A stretch of DNA of 64,000 nucleotides. Source: Aulosira sp. ZfuVER01 (lineage in GTDB: Bacteria; Cyanobacteriota; Cyanobacteriia; Cyanobacteriales; Nostocaceae). The notes below the pieces were generated by a model. The model ran no database searches, was not told the DNA's origin, and saw only the letters and a program-made list of their open reading frames with translations. Both the position numbers and the translations under genes were made by a program. This document shows, piece after piece, positions 20,618 to 31,581 of the stretch (position 1 is its first letter; each line of letters opens with the position of its first letter). The DNA lies in NCBI GenBank assembly GCA_034530615.2, contig JAVRCV020000028.1, forward strand, positions 64,001-128,000, given 5' to 3'.

Positions 20618-21691
20618 CTATAGCCCTTTAAATCCCATACCCATTTCTATCTGCTGTTCAACCTGCATAGAACTCAACTTCCGAGAAGCAATTCTGCGAG
20701 AATTTTGCCGTTGAGTACCAAGCTGACTGAGGAATATACCAACTAATATCAAGCTACCACCAAGGTATTGAGCCATTGTCGGGGCTTCATTTAATATCAA
20801 AAAAGCTGCAATAATGCCTATGATTGGGGTAAATGAGCCAATTAAGGAAGCAGTTGAGACTGTAGAAGCTCTTAAACCTTTAATCCAAAATGACTGGCCT
20901 AGCACTACAATCACGACACCATAAACTAACATCCATTGCCAAAGAAAAGGTGAGAATACATCTATAAAATGCTCTTGACCATAGAGTCCTAAAGCAATAA
21001 AGAAAAAGATTACCGTTCCTAAGGCAGTACGAAATATAGTGTAAATTCCTAAGGGAATCTGGGAAAGGTATTTTTTACCAATAATTGTGGAAATAGCGAC
21101 AGCCAAAGCTCCTAATGCTGCTAATATTTCCCCTAAACCCAATCTCAGACCTCCCATGTCCATCATGGCTTTCTCTGGGGATTGTAGGAGAATTGTCAGA
21201 CTAACACCAATAAATGCTGCGATCGCACCGCCAATTTCCCATTTATTTACCCGTTCTCGCAACAACCAGACAGAGAAAGCCAAAGTTAATGGTGGTTCCA
21301 AGCGACTAATTAAGACGACATTATTAACTCCTGTAATTGCTAGTGCTTGGAAAATTAAGCCAGGAGCCAGCGCTCCCGATAAGACAGCTACTATGGTGAG
21401 ACTGAGCCAATCTCTTTTTGATAGTCGGCGTAAGTTCGTTTTATTCCACTGTCGCCAATAGATTGCAATCAGCACCATTAAGGCGCACAGATTGCCGACA
21501 AACAAGACATTGCACAATGATATGGGATTGCGATCGCCTATGAAGTGTTGGGCACCAATTTCTGTTAACTTGCGGGTGACTGCACTAGATGCGCCAAAGA
21601 TCAGAATTGCTAACCAGAGATATATTTGCCCTGGAACCTTGTGCGTGAGGCGATGTTGTCTTTTTTCTCTAGTCACAATCCACCACTGCAT
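20618..21691 (-). CDS. DMT/EamA family transporter
   Basis: About 10 TM helices in two EamA repeats (WLLRER, LILNEAP...GG.LIL.G). Confidence 0.85.
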   Translation of the reverse strand: MQWWIVTREKRQHRLTHKVPGQIYLWLAILIFGASSAVTRKLTEIGAQHFIGDRNPISLCNVLFVGNLCALMVLIAIYWRQWNKTNLRRLSKRDWLSLTIVAVLSGALAPGLIFQALAITGVNNVVLISRLEPPLTLAFSVWLLRERVNKWEIGGAIAAFIGVSLTILLQSPEKAMMDMGGLRLGLGEILAALGALAVAISTIIGKKYLSQIPLGIYTIFRTALGTVIFFFIALGLYGQEHFIDVFSPFLWQWMLVYGVVIVVLGQSFWIKGLRASTVSTASLIGSFTPIIGIIAAFLILNEAPTMAQYLGGSLILVGIFLSQLGTQRQNSRRIASRKLSSMQVEQQIEMGMGFKGL

Positions 21692-21912
21692 ATTTAAGTT
21701 GCCCTTATCTATTCATCATGAGGCTTTGCGAAAAAAATACTGAAATTAACTTGTAAATTTAAGATGTCATAACTCTATGAGGAAACGCTGAGAAGCAACT
21801 TAAATTTCTCAAGGGATAAATTCATCAAAATCATGGCTGAGTTTCAGATGAGCTTCAGTCTCAACAGCCATAGTGTGGTTGTTCCAGACAAGCCCAAGAT
21901 TAGGAGTCACAA

Positions 21913-22290
21913 ATGAAACTCGCTGCCATGCTCACAAGTGTTGCTTTAGTTGGTTGTTTTACAATTTGGGATGCTCCCCTCAAAGCCATCAATCCTTTAC
22001 TCGTTCAAGCTTCAGCCGCAGAAGCCAAAGATGCTACAGGGTTAACTGCTCAACAAAAAATTGAATATCTCGGAAAACATAAAGGTGAATTTGGTAGTGG
22101 AGACGCTTTACGTCGTTACTTTTTTGGCGATTTAGAGCCAATTGCTGTACAGCCCGGTGGTGCGGGTATGGTGGTTAACCTTTACAACAAAACTAATGAT
22201 GTCACGATCGCTTACTGTACAACCTACGATGTGGTTGTCGCGATTAAGAAAGGCAAGATTACTAAGTTTGCAGCCAACGAAGTAAAGTAA
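21913..22290 (+). CDS. Hypothetical exported protein
   Basis: AGGAG RBS upstream, signal-peptide-like N-terminus, 125 aa. Confidence 0.7.
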   Translation: MKLAAMLTSVALVGCFTIWDAPLKAINPLLVQASAAEAKDATGLTAQQKIEYLGKHKGEFGSGDALRRYFFGDLEPIAVQPGGAGMVVNLYNKTNDVTIAYCTTYDVVVAIKKGKITKFAANEVK

Positions 22291-22445
22291 ACCCCACATT
22301 TCAGCTAGTAGGGACTGGGGACTGGGGAATTTTCCCCGCATTCCCACGTCCCTGGCGCACTTTCCCATGATTGACTGATAAGCTGCGTTTATTAATACTA
22401 TCCACAAGTATTTGTCAAGTTGGGTTGACTTATTGTAACAATCTT

Positions 22446-22473
22446 GTTAAATTTATTTACATAAGTTAACAAG
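22446..22473 (+). promoter_or_regulatory. HLR1-like (RpaB-binding) direct repeat upstream of psb34
   Basis: GTTAAATT-ta-TTTACATA-ag-TTAACAAG; 10-bp period resembling (G/T)TTACA(T/A)(T/A)-N2. Confidence 0.45.
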
Positions 22474-22490
22474 CAGCAAAAGAAAAAACT

Positions 22491-22661
22491 ATGTATACCA
22501 CAGTTAATGAAGACGGCGTTCTCAACAACTACGCGATTGAACCACAAATTAGCTATGCTGAGTACCCAACAATTTGGGAACAACGCAAATATCTTTTACA
22601 AGCTGGATTCGCTACATTACTTGTAACCACTCTCGTGTTGGTTGGCTTGAGCGTTAGCTAA
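22491..22661 (+). CDS. psb34: PSII assembly protein Psb34 / Ssl1498-family light-harvesting-like protein (not in ORF track)
   Basis: Translates MYTTVNEDGVLNNYAIEPQISYAEYPTIWEQRKYLLQAGFATLLVTTLVLVGLSVS; G.LNNYA.EP motif plus a single C-terminal TM helix. Confidence 0.85.
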   Translation: MYTTVNEDGVLNNYAIEPQISYAEYPTIWEQRKYLLQAGFATLLVTTLVLVGLSVS

Positions 22662-22717
22662 GATTTTTTGATTTCGGTAAAAGTAGCTCTCATCGTCATT
22701 TAACCTCTTCCCCATCG

Positions 22718-22744
22718 CCTCGGCTATAAACCGAGGTTTTTTTT
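22718..22744 (+). terminator. Rho-independent terminator of psb34
   Basis: CCTCGG-ctataaa-CCGAGG followed by T8. Confidence 0.7.
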
Positions 22745-22771
22745 GTGGCAATGGCAATGAGTTTTCAGGCG

Positions 22772-25700
22772 TCAATTAAAAGTGGAACTGCTTACTACCT
22801 GATTATCTGCTTGTGCCTGTTCTAAGCAAACAATTAATTTTTTGGCTAAAATCTGCACACTTGGTTCTCCAAGCATACCTAGATGTGTCCCAGGCACATC
22901 GTGCATCTCCACACCTTGTTTAGCCATTCCATTCCAGCCTCTACAGGGTTTGAACCGACACCATCTCAACACTTCTTTAGTAGTAAATAAAGTTACCTTA
23001 CCAGCGTAGGGTTGTGGTACATAATCCGCCATAGTGGCTCGCTTGAGAGCTTCTATCAATGCCATGTTGTAAGGGTTGGCATCTTCAGTAAAAGAGTGTT
23101 CATTCCACAAGTCAAACTTGCTGCTTGGTTTCCCAGTTAACAAGGAACCAAACCAATCTAGTTTGGCGAGAAAATAGTTCCATTTATCTATTGATCTAAG
23201 TCGCAAGAAAGTCAGCAAATAGACATAAATTGTACGCAATAGCGAAGGATTATTGATATACAAACTGGGGCTATATGTATCAAACATAGCTAATAAAGCC
23301 ACGCGATCGCCTTGAGCAACTAACTGACGCGCCATTTCAAAAGCAACTGTCCCACCACTAGAAAAACCACCCAACAGATAGGGGCCATGTGGTTGAACAG
23401 TACGAATTTCTTGGATGTAGTGAGATGCCATATCCTCAACCTTAGCGTGGGGAGTTTGTTTACCATCAAGTCCTTGTGCTTGTAACCCATACACAGGTTG
23501 TTCTGTACCCAAGTAACGCACTAGAGTTTGGTAGCCAATAACATTACCTCCGAGGGCATGGATCAAGAATAAAGGACGTTTCGCACTGCTACCTGGCTGA
23601 ATAGTTACCAGAGAAGACCAAGAAACTGATGTATTTGATTGACTGAGAATGCTAGCTAATTGTTCTATGGTTGGTGATTGTAACAAGGTAGCTAGGGGAA
23701 GTTTTTGAGCAAATTTCTTTTCTATTTGTGTAAATAATTTTACCGCTAATAGCGAATTTCCGCCCAAATCAAAGAAATTATCGCTGATGCCAATTGACTC
23801 AATACCTAAAACCGCTGACCAAATTTGCGCTAACTCGATTTCTATAGTGTTTTTTGGAGAAACAAAGGCTTTTTCTAATTCTGGTCGACTTTGGTCAGGG
23901 ATGGGCAAAGCACGGCGGTCTACCTTACTATTAGGAGTCAGTGGAATTTTGGCGATCGCTACAAAGGCAGATGGAATCATATACTCTGGCAATTTCTCTT
24001 GCAGAAAACGCCGCAATTCATTCATCGTTGGTTTAGACTCACCATTGATCGCTACATAAGCTACCAATCGCTTATTTCCAGGCTCATCTTCCCGCGCTAT
24101 AACTACAGTTTCCTGTACACAATTGTGTTGTGCCAATACATTCTCAATTTCGCCCAACTCGATACGGAAACCGCGAATCTTTACCTGATGGTCAATCCGA
24201 CCGAGAAATTCAATATTACCATCACTGAGATAGCGAGCTAAGTCTCCTGTTTTATAGAGTCGTGCTGATTTCTTGTCACTAAAGGGATTGGGAATGAATT
24301 TTTGGGCTGTAAGTTCGGGTTGATTTAAATAGCCAGAGGCTAAACATTCTCCACCAATATGCAATTCCCCAGAAACACCAATGGGACAGGGATTGAGATA
24401 ATCATCAAGAATGTAATATTCAGCGTTTTGGATGGGTTTACCATAGGGGATACTCTTCCAATATGGCTCAACTTTGCCAATGGGATAATAATTAGACCAA
24501 ACTGTTGCTTCTGTTGCGCCACCCAAACTAATCACTTCTACTCCAGGGAAGGTGGCTTTCAGTAAATCTGGCAGTGTGACTGGTATCCAATCACCGCTCA
24601 TAAATACTAGCCGCAATTGGGGATGGCAATTACTTTCTTGAACCTTGGAGAAAAAACCGGCCAGTTGTTGCAGTGCAGGCGGTGCAGAGTCCCAGAATGT
24701 GATTGGCTCATGGCAAAGAATGTGCAACAAAGCTTCTGGATCTCGGACATCATGGCTAGGGACAACCCGAACTGAACCACCTGCGGCTAATAATCCGAAA
24801 ATGTCATAAACTGACAGGTCAAAACACAAGGATGTGATAAATAAAACTCTATCAGCAGAATTAACATTAAATGTTTTGTTAACCCATTCAATCAGGTTGA
24901 TAACGGGTCGATGACGAACCACGACCCCCTTTGGCGTCCCTGTAGAGCCAGAGGTAAAAATCACATAGGCAATATCATTTGAATTGGCAGATGCAGGCAA
25001 ATTTCCGCTAGGTAGGAAATCGAGATAAGAACGATTCCATACCTGCTGATGTCCAACTTGCCATACAGATTCAGTATGTGCAGATTTATCCAAACAGATT
25101 AAGTGTTGCAGTGCTATCAGTTCTAGCTCATGAATATTAGGTAACAAACAAGTTTGGGTGACTAGACAGTTAATTTCTAGAGAAGACAGCAGTAATTGAA
25201 TGCGTGCCTTGGGGAAACTGGGTTCTAATGGTACGTATGCACCTCCAGCTTTTAAAATCCCTAGCACCGTCGGAATCATTTCTAGCGATCGCTCTAGATA
25301 TACAGCAACTAACACCCCAGGCTTAACACCCAGTTGCTTCAAGTGATGGGCTAACTGATTAGCTCTACAGTTCAACTGTTGGTAGGTTAGTTGTTCCTCT
25401 CCACAAACGACGGCTACAGCATCGGGTGTTTGCTCTACCTGCGCCTCAAATAGTTGATGAATACAAAGTTGCTCTGCAAAATCTGCTTGTGTATGATTCC
25501 ACTCAATCAATATTTGATGTTTTTCATCAGTCGTCAATAGTGGTAGTTCTCTTAAACACTGCCAGGGATTATTTGCCATGCTGGACAATAAAGTCTGAAG
25601 ATGTCCCAGCATCCGACCGATTTTGGCACGATCGAACTTGTGTTGGTCATATTTGAGTTTCAGTAACATTTCTGACTCTGCATAACCAACCAATGTCAGA

Positions 25701-26851
25701 GGAAAGTTCGTCTGTTCTTCTAGCCGGAATTCCAGGTTTTGCCATCTGCCACCCTGAGAACGTAAAGCTGAATTCAATTCATAGTTTTCAAATACCAAAA
25801 GACTATCGAACAAGGGCGTTCCCGGTGGCACATCGCTCCATCTTTGAACGTTGACTAGGGGAGTATGTTCGTAGTTTCGCAAAGCCACCCACTGCGATCG
25901 CAATTCTTTGAGCCAAGTCAGAAGCGATTTTTCCCCTGAAACGCTGACTCGAACTGGCAAGGTATTGATCAACAGTCCTACTATTGATTCAGCTCCTGCT
26001 ACGGAGGAATGACGACAGGCTCTTGTAGCACCAAATACAATATCGCTTTCACCACTATAACGGCTCAAAAGTATTGCCCAAGCGCCCTGTACTAAAGTAT
26101 TGAGTGTGAGTTGATGTTGTTGTGCTAAAGACTGCAACATCGCTGTAGTTTTTTCTGAGAGCCGGATTGCTTGCTCGCCAAAACCGCTTTGATCGCGCGG
26201 ATTTGAGTCTAATAATAAAGGTGTGGGTGCGGTAAAGCCTTTGAGCAAGTTCCGCCAAAAACTTTCAGCCTGAGACCAATTTTGTTGCTGTAGCCATGTA
26301 ATGTGATCTTGATAAGGACGGGGTTGGGGAAGTTGTAAGTCTTTGCCTTCGCAGAAAGCATCATAAAAGGTGAATACTTCCTTAATAATGACTGACAAAG
26401 AACGACCATCTAACAAAGCATGGTGAAAAGTCCAAATAAATTGGTAGACAGATGCTTTCAAGCGAAATAATCCTAGGCGCATCAATGGCGCGACATTTAA
26501 CTCAAAGCCAAGAGTGCGATCGCTTTGCAGATAAGCTTGCAATTTAGTTGATTGTTCTGTGTCAGATAAGTCACACCAATCTTGCTGTTCCAGAGGAATT
26601 ATGACTTTTTCATGCACATATTGCTGAGGTTCGTGTTCACTTTCCCAATCAAAGCTAGTTCTCAAAACTGCGTGTCGTTCTACAACTTTCTGCCATGCTT
26701 GTTGAAATGCAAAACAATCAATTTTTTCATATACTACACAGATCATCTGCTCAATATCTACTCCCGATTTTTGAGCAACTAGATTGTTAAACAGCATTCC
26801 TTGCTGTAGAGATGACAGTGGATATGAATATTTTCTGGCTTCTACTTTCAT
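22772..26851 (-). CDS. Stand-alone single-module NRPS (C-A-T-TE)
   Basis: C domain HHALLDG; A domain YVIFTSGSTGTPKG, YKTGDL, QVKIRGFRIELGEIE; T domain FFDLGGNSL; TE domain GFSSGG. Confidence 0.95.
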   Translation of the reverse strand: MKVEARKYSYPLSSLQQGMLFNNLVAQKSGVDIEQMICVVYEKIDCFAFQQAWQKVVERHAVLRTSFDWESEHEPQQYVHEKVIIPLEQQDWCDLSDTEQSTKLQAYLQSDRTLGFELNVAPLMRLGLFRLKASVYQFIWTFHHALLDGRSLSVIIKEVFTFYDAFCEGKDLQLPQPRPYQDHITWLQQQNWSQAESFWRNLLKGFTAPTPLLLDSNPRDQSGFGEQAIRLSEKTTAMLQSLAQQHQLTLNTLVQGAWAILLSRYSGESDIVFGATRACRHSSVAGAESIVGLLINTLPVRVSVSGEKSLLTWLKELRSQWVALRNYEHTPLVNVQRWSDVPPGTPLFDSLLVFENYELNSALRSQGGRWQNLEFRLEEQTNFPLTLVGYAESEMLLKLKYDQHKFDRAKIGRMLGHLQTLLSSMANNPWQCLRELPLLTTDEKHQILIEWNHTQADFAEQLCIHQLFEAQVEQTPDAVAVVCGEEQLTYQQLNCRANQLAHHLKQLGVKPGVLVAVYLERSLEMIPTVLGILKAGGAYVPLEPSFPKARIQLLLSSLEINCLVTQTCLLPNIHELELIALQHLICLDKSAHTESVWQVGHQQVWNRSYLDFLPSGNLPASANSNDIAYVIFTSGSTGTPKGVVVRHRPVINLIEWVNKTFNVNSADRVLFITSLCFDLSVYDIFGLLAAGGSVRVVPSHDVRDPEALLHILCHEPITFWDSAPPALQQLAGFFSKVQESNCHPQLRLVFMSGDWIPVTLPDLLKATFPGVEVISLGGATEATVWSNYYPIGKVEPYWKSIPYGKPIQNAEYYILDDYLNPCPIGVSGELHIGGECLASGYLNQPELTAQKFIPNPFSDKKSARLYKTGDLARYLSDGNIEFLGRIDHQVKIRGFRIELGEIENVLAQHNCVQETVVIAREDEPGNKRLVAYVAINGESKPTMNELRRFLQEKLPEYMIPSAFVAIAKIPLTPNSKVDRRALPIPDQSRPELEKAFVSPKNTIEIELAQIWSAVLGIESIGISDNFFDLGGNSLLAVKLFTQIEKKFAQKLPLATLLQSPTIEQLASILSQSNTSVSWSSLVTIQPGSSAKRPLFLIHALGGNVIGYQTLVRYLGTEQPVYGLQAQGLDGKQTPHAKVEDMASHYIQEIRTVQPHGPYLLGGFSSGGTVAFEMARQLVAQGDRVALLAMFDTYSPSLYINNPSLLRTIYVYLLTFLRLRSIDKWNYFLAKLDWFGSLLTGKPSSKFDLWNEHSFTEDANPYNMALIEALKRATMADYVPQPYAGKVTLFTTKEVLRWCRFKPCRGWNGMAKQGVEMHDVPGTHLGMLGEPSVQILAKKLIVCLEQAQADNQVVSSSTFN

Positions 26852-27300
26852 TTTGTTTTTATAAAAATCATGAATGATTTGATAGTTACTAAAAATGTAA
26901 CTATCCGATAAAAGGTTAAATGATTACAAAATTAAATAAAATAAATTCTCTGCAATATCTAGTAATTAATAGATTGACTACAATTAATCAAATATATCTA
27001 CTAATTACTAAATAAATTTTTTATAACAGGCAGAAAACTTATAAAAATTATGGTAGTGCAGCTTTATTAATAAGTATCAATAGAATTTAGCAAGTAATAT
27101 TTCAAATTCTATATAAAAATAATAAAGAATTATCTAGATTCTACAAAGAAAAGATAAAGTTATAATAGCTACTCCGTGGTTTTAGCTAATAAATTCGATA
27201 TTTTTAACCAGTGAAGTGTAGCCAAAATTCAATAAATTAAAGCATTCTATTTTTTGACTTTTGCCAGTGGTAACGATCGCTACATAAAATTTAAGCAAAT

Positions 27301-27326
27301 AAAAAAGGCGGCTTTGCCACCTCTTT
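27301..27326 (-). terminator. Probable glgA terminator
   Basis: AAAAAAGGCGGC-ttt-GCCACCTCTTT hairpin with A-tract (U-tract on minus strand). Confidence 0.5.
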
Positions 27327-27432
27327 ATTTATCTAGTTTTTAGATAACGGTACAGTATCAACTACACAGCTGGCTACAAATTATTATGCGTGTCACCATA
27401 TCATCATGTAGCCAAGTTCAAGGCAATTGAGA

Positions 27433-28911
27433 TTACCACTTGTGTCTGATCCAATCGTAAATCTCTACATATTCAGTGCCTGGAATATTCCATGAGTAGT
27501 CATACTCCATACCCTGAATTGCTAATTCGCGGAACTCTTCAGGAGAGTAATTCCACAAATCAATTGCTCGTTCCATTGCTGACTCAAGCGCATAATTATC
27601 GCTTTCATAAAATACAAAACCATTGCGTTTTTCTGGTGGTACATTCTCGTCATAATTGCGGTCAAATACTGTATTCACCAGACCACCAACACCGCGCACA
27701 ATCGGTACAGTGCCATATTTCAAGCCAATCATTTGCGTTAACCCACAAGGTTCGTAATTGCTTGGGACAACAATCATATCTGCCCCTGCATAAATCAGGT
27801 GAGATAATTCTTCGTTAAAGCCCAGCTCTAAATGTACATCTGGGTTGTTATTTAAAAATTGTTTTTCATGCCGGAATTGTTCATTGATTCCTGGTTCTGT
27901 TGCTGAACCTAGTAAGACAAATTGCGCTCCTTTATTCAGGGCGTAATAAATGGCATGATGAACAAGATGTACGCCTTTTTGATTATCTAAACGGCCAATG
28001 TAAGCAACTATTGGTTTATCTTCTTGGCGGAGCATGAGCCGCTCTCGTAAAGCTTTTTTGTTATCGAATTTTTGTTCAAAATTGTCTTTGGTATAGTTGG
28101 ATGGGATGTAGCGATCTACTTCCGGATTCCAAAAGTCGTAATCAATACCGTTGAGTATTCCACGGAATTTATCTTGGTGTAAATGCAAAGTATGGCCTAA
28201 CCCACAACCAACATCGCTGGTACGGGCTTCCCAAGCATGGTTGGGAGAAACTGTGGTGAAAGCATTGGAGTAAACAATCCCCGCCTTCATAAAGTTCAAG
28301 GCAAAAGGGTTAAAGTTATCACGCAGCTTATCGTATTGGAAGTAATATTCTGGTCGATTTAAACCTGTAGCTTGGAGAGTTTCTACACCACCCATTCCTT
28401 GATGCTTAAAGTTGTGGATGGTGTAACAAACTCTCTGATACTCCATGCCATAATACTTGTACATTTCATGGAGCATGACTGGAATTAAGCCTGTTTGCCA
28501 GTCATGACAATGGATGACATCGGGTCGTTTATTGCTTTGAAGCAAAAACTCTAAAGCAGCTTTGCTAAAGAAGGCAAAGCGCATATTATCGTCATCGCAG
28601 CCATAATAGCAGCCCCGATTGAAGAAATTATCTTGAGAGTGGGGTTCAATGAAAAAACACACCCTTCCATGTACCCAACCGCAGTACACAGAACACTGAA
28701 TTGCTCCACCATACCAAGGTACTGATAAGTTGCGGTAGGCATCATGCAGCCCCCAAATATGGTCGTAGCGCATACAATCATACTTGGGCAGAATTAGCTC
28801 AACACAATGTCCCCGAGTCTCTAATTCCCGACTCAGTCCGTAAACAACATCCCCTAAACCGCCAGCTTTAATTACAGGCGCACACTCCGAGGCAATCTGT
28901 ACAATGTACAT
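27433..28911 (-). CDS. glgA: Glycogen synthase
   Basis: ASECAPVIKAGGLGDV, HCHDWQT, EPCGLTQM GT5 motifs; ATG at 28911. Confidence 0.95.
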   Translation of the reverse strand: MYIVQIASECAPVIKAGGLGDVVYGLSRELETRGHCVELILPKYDCMRYDHIWGLHDAYRNLSVPWYGGAIQCSVYCGWVHGRVCFFIEPHSQDNFFNRGCYYGCDDDNMRFAFFSKAALEFLLQSNKRPDVIHCHDWQTGLIPVMLHEMYKYYGMEYQRVCYTIHNFKHQGMGGVETLQATGLNRPEYYFQYDKLRDNFNPFALNFMKAGIVYSNAFTTVSPNHAWEARTSDVGCGLGHTLHLHQDKFRGILNGIDYDFWNPEVDRYIPSNYTKDNFEQKFDNKKALRERLMLRQEDKPIVAYIGRLDNQKGVHLVHHAIYYALNKGAQFVLLGSATEPGINEQFRHEKQFLNNNPDVHLELGFNEELSHLIYAGADMIVVPSNYEPCGLTQMIGLKYGTVPIVRGVGGLVNTVFDRNYDENVPPEKRNGFVFYESDNYALESAMERAIDLWNYSPEEFRELAIQGMEYDYSWNIPGTEYVEIYDWIRHKW

Positions 28912-29200
28912 TCCTAGTCCCCGCTTCACAAAACTTTATTTGTACTATATTCTTATCAGTACATGAAAAATGTACTCATTGACACGTAAGTAGTTGAATG
29001 ATAAGCAAAAAAATTTAAACACCGGTCTATCAATAATCAAATCTATTAGCATCAGTGGAAAATTATGCAATTTGTAAGATGCAGATTATTGTTATGGGAA
29101 TCTAAATTTTATTGCTGAAATTACTTGTATCAAGAGGGAACGGGGAATAGGTAATAGAGGCGTAGAGATAAATACTCTCGAAAAATTGGTGAGTGAGAGG

Positions 29201-29893
29201 CTAGTTGACTTCCACACTCGCTATAGTGACTTTTACCTTGGCAGATGTAGTATTATCACCCAGAAAAAGCAAATTAGGTGTGGTGTAAGGATTTTTATAA
29301 CCTGGTGGTGGTGTGAAGCCTGTATATTGTCGCAGCTTACCTTGAAGAATGGGGGAGGCAATTCCGTTAACAAACAGCTGATAGTTAGCATCCTTGACGG
29401 TTAGCTTATATGTTTGCACTGAAGCTTTCGTGTGATGAGCGACATTTTCGCCACGGGTAAAGCCGACATTCTGTGCCCAAATGCTATTTTCCCAGAAGCT
29501 CAATTCTATACCGTAGGGTTGCTGTTCACTAGTTAACTTGTTAGCGATCGCCATCATACTAAAGCCAGCGCGATTATCGGAACTGTGGCTTTCCGAATTA
29601 ATTTGCACTCTGAAAGTGATGGTGTAACCTTTGCTGCGATCTAAAATTACCGGAGATTGGCGAAAATATCCTGCATAATTGGCGTTAGTGCCGCTAGTAT
29701 CGAGAATCGTACCATTGGTTGTGGCGATCGCATAAGGTGCAGGAGATACGGCACTCCAAAGATACATCCATCCTTGTTGAGCTAGTGTTTGACTAGGGCT
29801 TGATAAGCCGTTATACAGTACCGCCGCACTAGCAGCATGAGTTCCCATCAGCAAGACAAAGCCAGCAGTCACAGCAGCGAGAGAGGTTTTCAT
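29201..29893 (-). CDS. Hypothetical secreted beta-rich protein (resembles PEP-CTERM-type cargo domains but has no sorting tail)
   Basis: Signal peptide; ends FLGDNTTSA...; no PEP-TM tail. Confidence 0.6.
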   Translation of the reverse strand: MKTSLAAVTAGFVLLMGTHAASAAVLYNGLSSPSQTLAQQGWMYLWSAVSPAPYAIATTNGTILDTSGTNANYAGYFRQSPVILDRSKGYTITFRVQINSESHSSDNRAGFSMMAIANKLTSEQQPYGIELSFWENSIWAQNVGFTRGENVAHHTKASVQTYKLTVKDANYQLFVNGIASPILQGKLRQYTGFTPPPGYKNPYTTPNLLFLGDNTTSAKVKVTIASVEVN

Positions 29894-30009
29894 TAATTCT
29901 TAATTACAAAGGTATTATTTGGTAGTTACGGTAGTGCTATCCCTGAAATCACGGTTCAAATTATACCTGTAATTAAGGTGTTTTTTCTCACGCCAAGAAA
30001 GATATGAAG

Positions 30010-31581
30010 TTAAATCACAAAGGGGTCAAGTTGGCTACTGAACCATTGTTCGCCCACGCGCTCTGCTATCAATGGTTTGACGGTAAACTTGGGTGGAATG
30101 CCGTCATGAACATCAATTCGCACGCAGGAATAAGCAAGTTGCTTTTGAAAGGCGTAGTCTTTGCGACCTACATATAATAGTGAATCTGCTACTTTGCGAT
30201 TCGGACTACCAGGAATTTCAGTAAAGGTTTCCAGTAATTCACTTCCCTCTACTCGCTGGCGGCGGGGACGGCGACCGCTACCACCGGAGATAATATAGTT
30301 GATGTGGGAGTCAGCGTAACCTGTATCTACGGTACGCAGATATTCTAGACAGTGGGCATGACCGCTAAGAACTAAGTCTACTATGGGACGGTTTTGGATT
30401 TGGGAACCCAGAGTTTTTGCTACTCGATCGAACACCCAGCGTAGACGGTGACGCACTGCTAGAGTTTGGGCTTGATGCCATTTAGTTGCTTCTGTGACGT
30501 AGGGGGGATGGTGGAGATAGATTACCCGTCCGCGTACCTCAGAGTTATTCCAAGATTCAATCAACCTGTTACACAGCCAGTTTAGTTGTTCAAAGTCAAT
30601 TGTCGCTGGTGTATGGGATGCTAATTGTTTTTCAATGTCGATTTTGACTTCGTTGATTTGGTCTAATTTGGCACTGAGGTCATCGAGTTGTTCCGCATCA
30701 TCAGGGTTATCTGGGTTGAGGCGATCGCTCAATTCTAAAATCTGCACTTCTTCCCGATCTATTTCATGACGGCGCTTTTCCAATTCTCGACGGTAAATTC
30801 CCCCGGCTTGGGTTGTTGGTAAAGGCGAAGGTTCGTTAAAGGTATTGGAATCGAGAGCGAAAAAATCTATACCACCGTACCGAAAAGTGTAATAGCGGTT
30901 GGGTAAACGGGTAAAAATTCCCGGTTCGTAGCGTAAACATCGCCCTGTATCTGTTTTTGCAGTGTAGTGAATGTCTAAATGCTCGTTTAATTCTTCAGAA
31001 GAAGCGATTCCTGCAAGATAATCGAGAAATGCCCGTGAATATGCATCGCCTTGATTGGAACCGTGCCAACCAATTTCAAAATCTTTGTAGCGTAGCATCC
31101 GCCGCAGCCGCAACGTACTTCCTGTCAATAGGCGATACAGCAAGGGAACATCGTAATAATCATGATTGCCCAACACTGGTAGGAAGGGTAGATTAAATAC
31201 CATGCGATCGTAGGCAATATTTTCTGGATTCTCCCCGCCTACCAGAAATTCTCGGTAGGGTTCGATAAAATTTGTCGGGTAATATTCATGGGAACCCACC
31301 ACATAAATCACATCACCCGTGTGCAAAACCAAACTGCACTCGTCTTTGTGGGGATGCATGAGTTTAGCAACTTGGCGTTGGGGGTGGTATCCGTAATGAG
31401 ACTTTGTCCCACTATCACCAATGACCATAAAAGAGAATTCTGGGCGATCGCTTTTGCAATCGTCTATGACCATACTAGTTTGGTCGATTCCCCGTTGCAC
31501 AATATTGGGATGCAGCCACCGCACCCTTTCCTGCATCTTGTGAATTTTCACAGGAATTGGCGGTTCGGATATCAATCTCAT
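30010..31581 (-). CDS. Calcineurin-like metallophosphoesterase
   Basis: GDSG, HTGDVIY, GNHD and SGHAH motifs. Confidence 0.9.
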   Translation of the reverse strand: MRLISEPPIPVKIHKMQERVRWLHPNIVQRGIDQTSMVIDDCKSDRPEFSFMVIGDSGTKSHYGYHPQRQVAKLMHPHKDECSLVLHTGDVIYVVGSHEYYPTNFIEPYREFLVGGENPENIAYDRMVFNLPFLPVLGNHDYYDVPLLYRLLTGSTLRLRRMLRYKDFEIGWHGSNQGDAYSRAFLDYLAGIASSEELNEHLDIHYTAKTDTGRCLRYEPGIFTRLPNRYYTFRYGGIDFFALDSNTFNEPSPLPTTQAGGIYRRELEKRRHEIDREEVQILELSDRLNPDNPDDAEQLDDLSAKLDQINEVKIDIEKQLASHTPATIDFEQLNWLCNRLIESWNNSEVRGRVIYLHHPPYVTEATKWHQAQTLAVRHRLRWVFDRVAKTLGSQIQNRPIVDLVLSGHAHCLEYLRTVDTGYADSHINYIISGGSGRRPRRQRVEGSELLETFTEIPGSPNRKVADSLLYVGRKDYAFQKQLAYSCVRIDVHDGIPPKFTVKPLIAERVGEQWFSSQLDPFVI

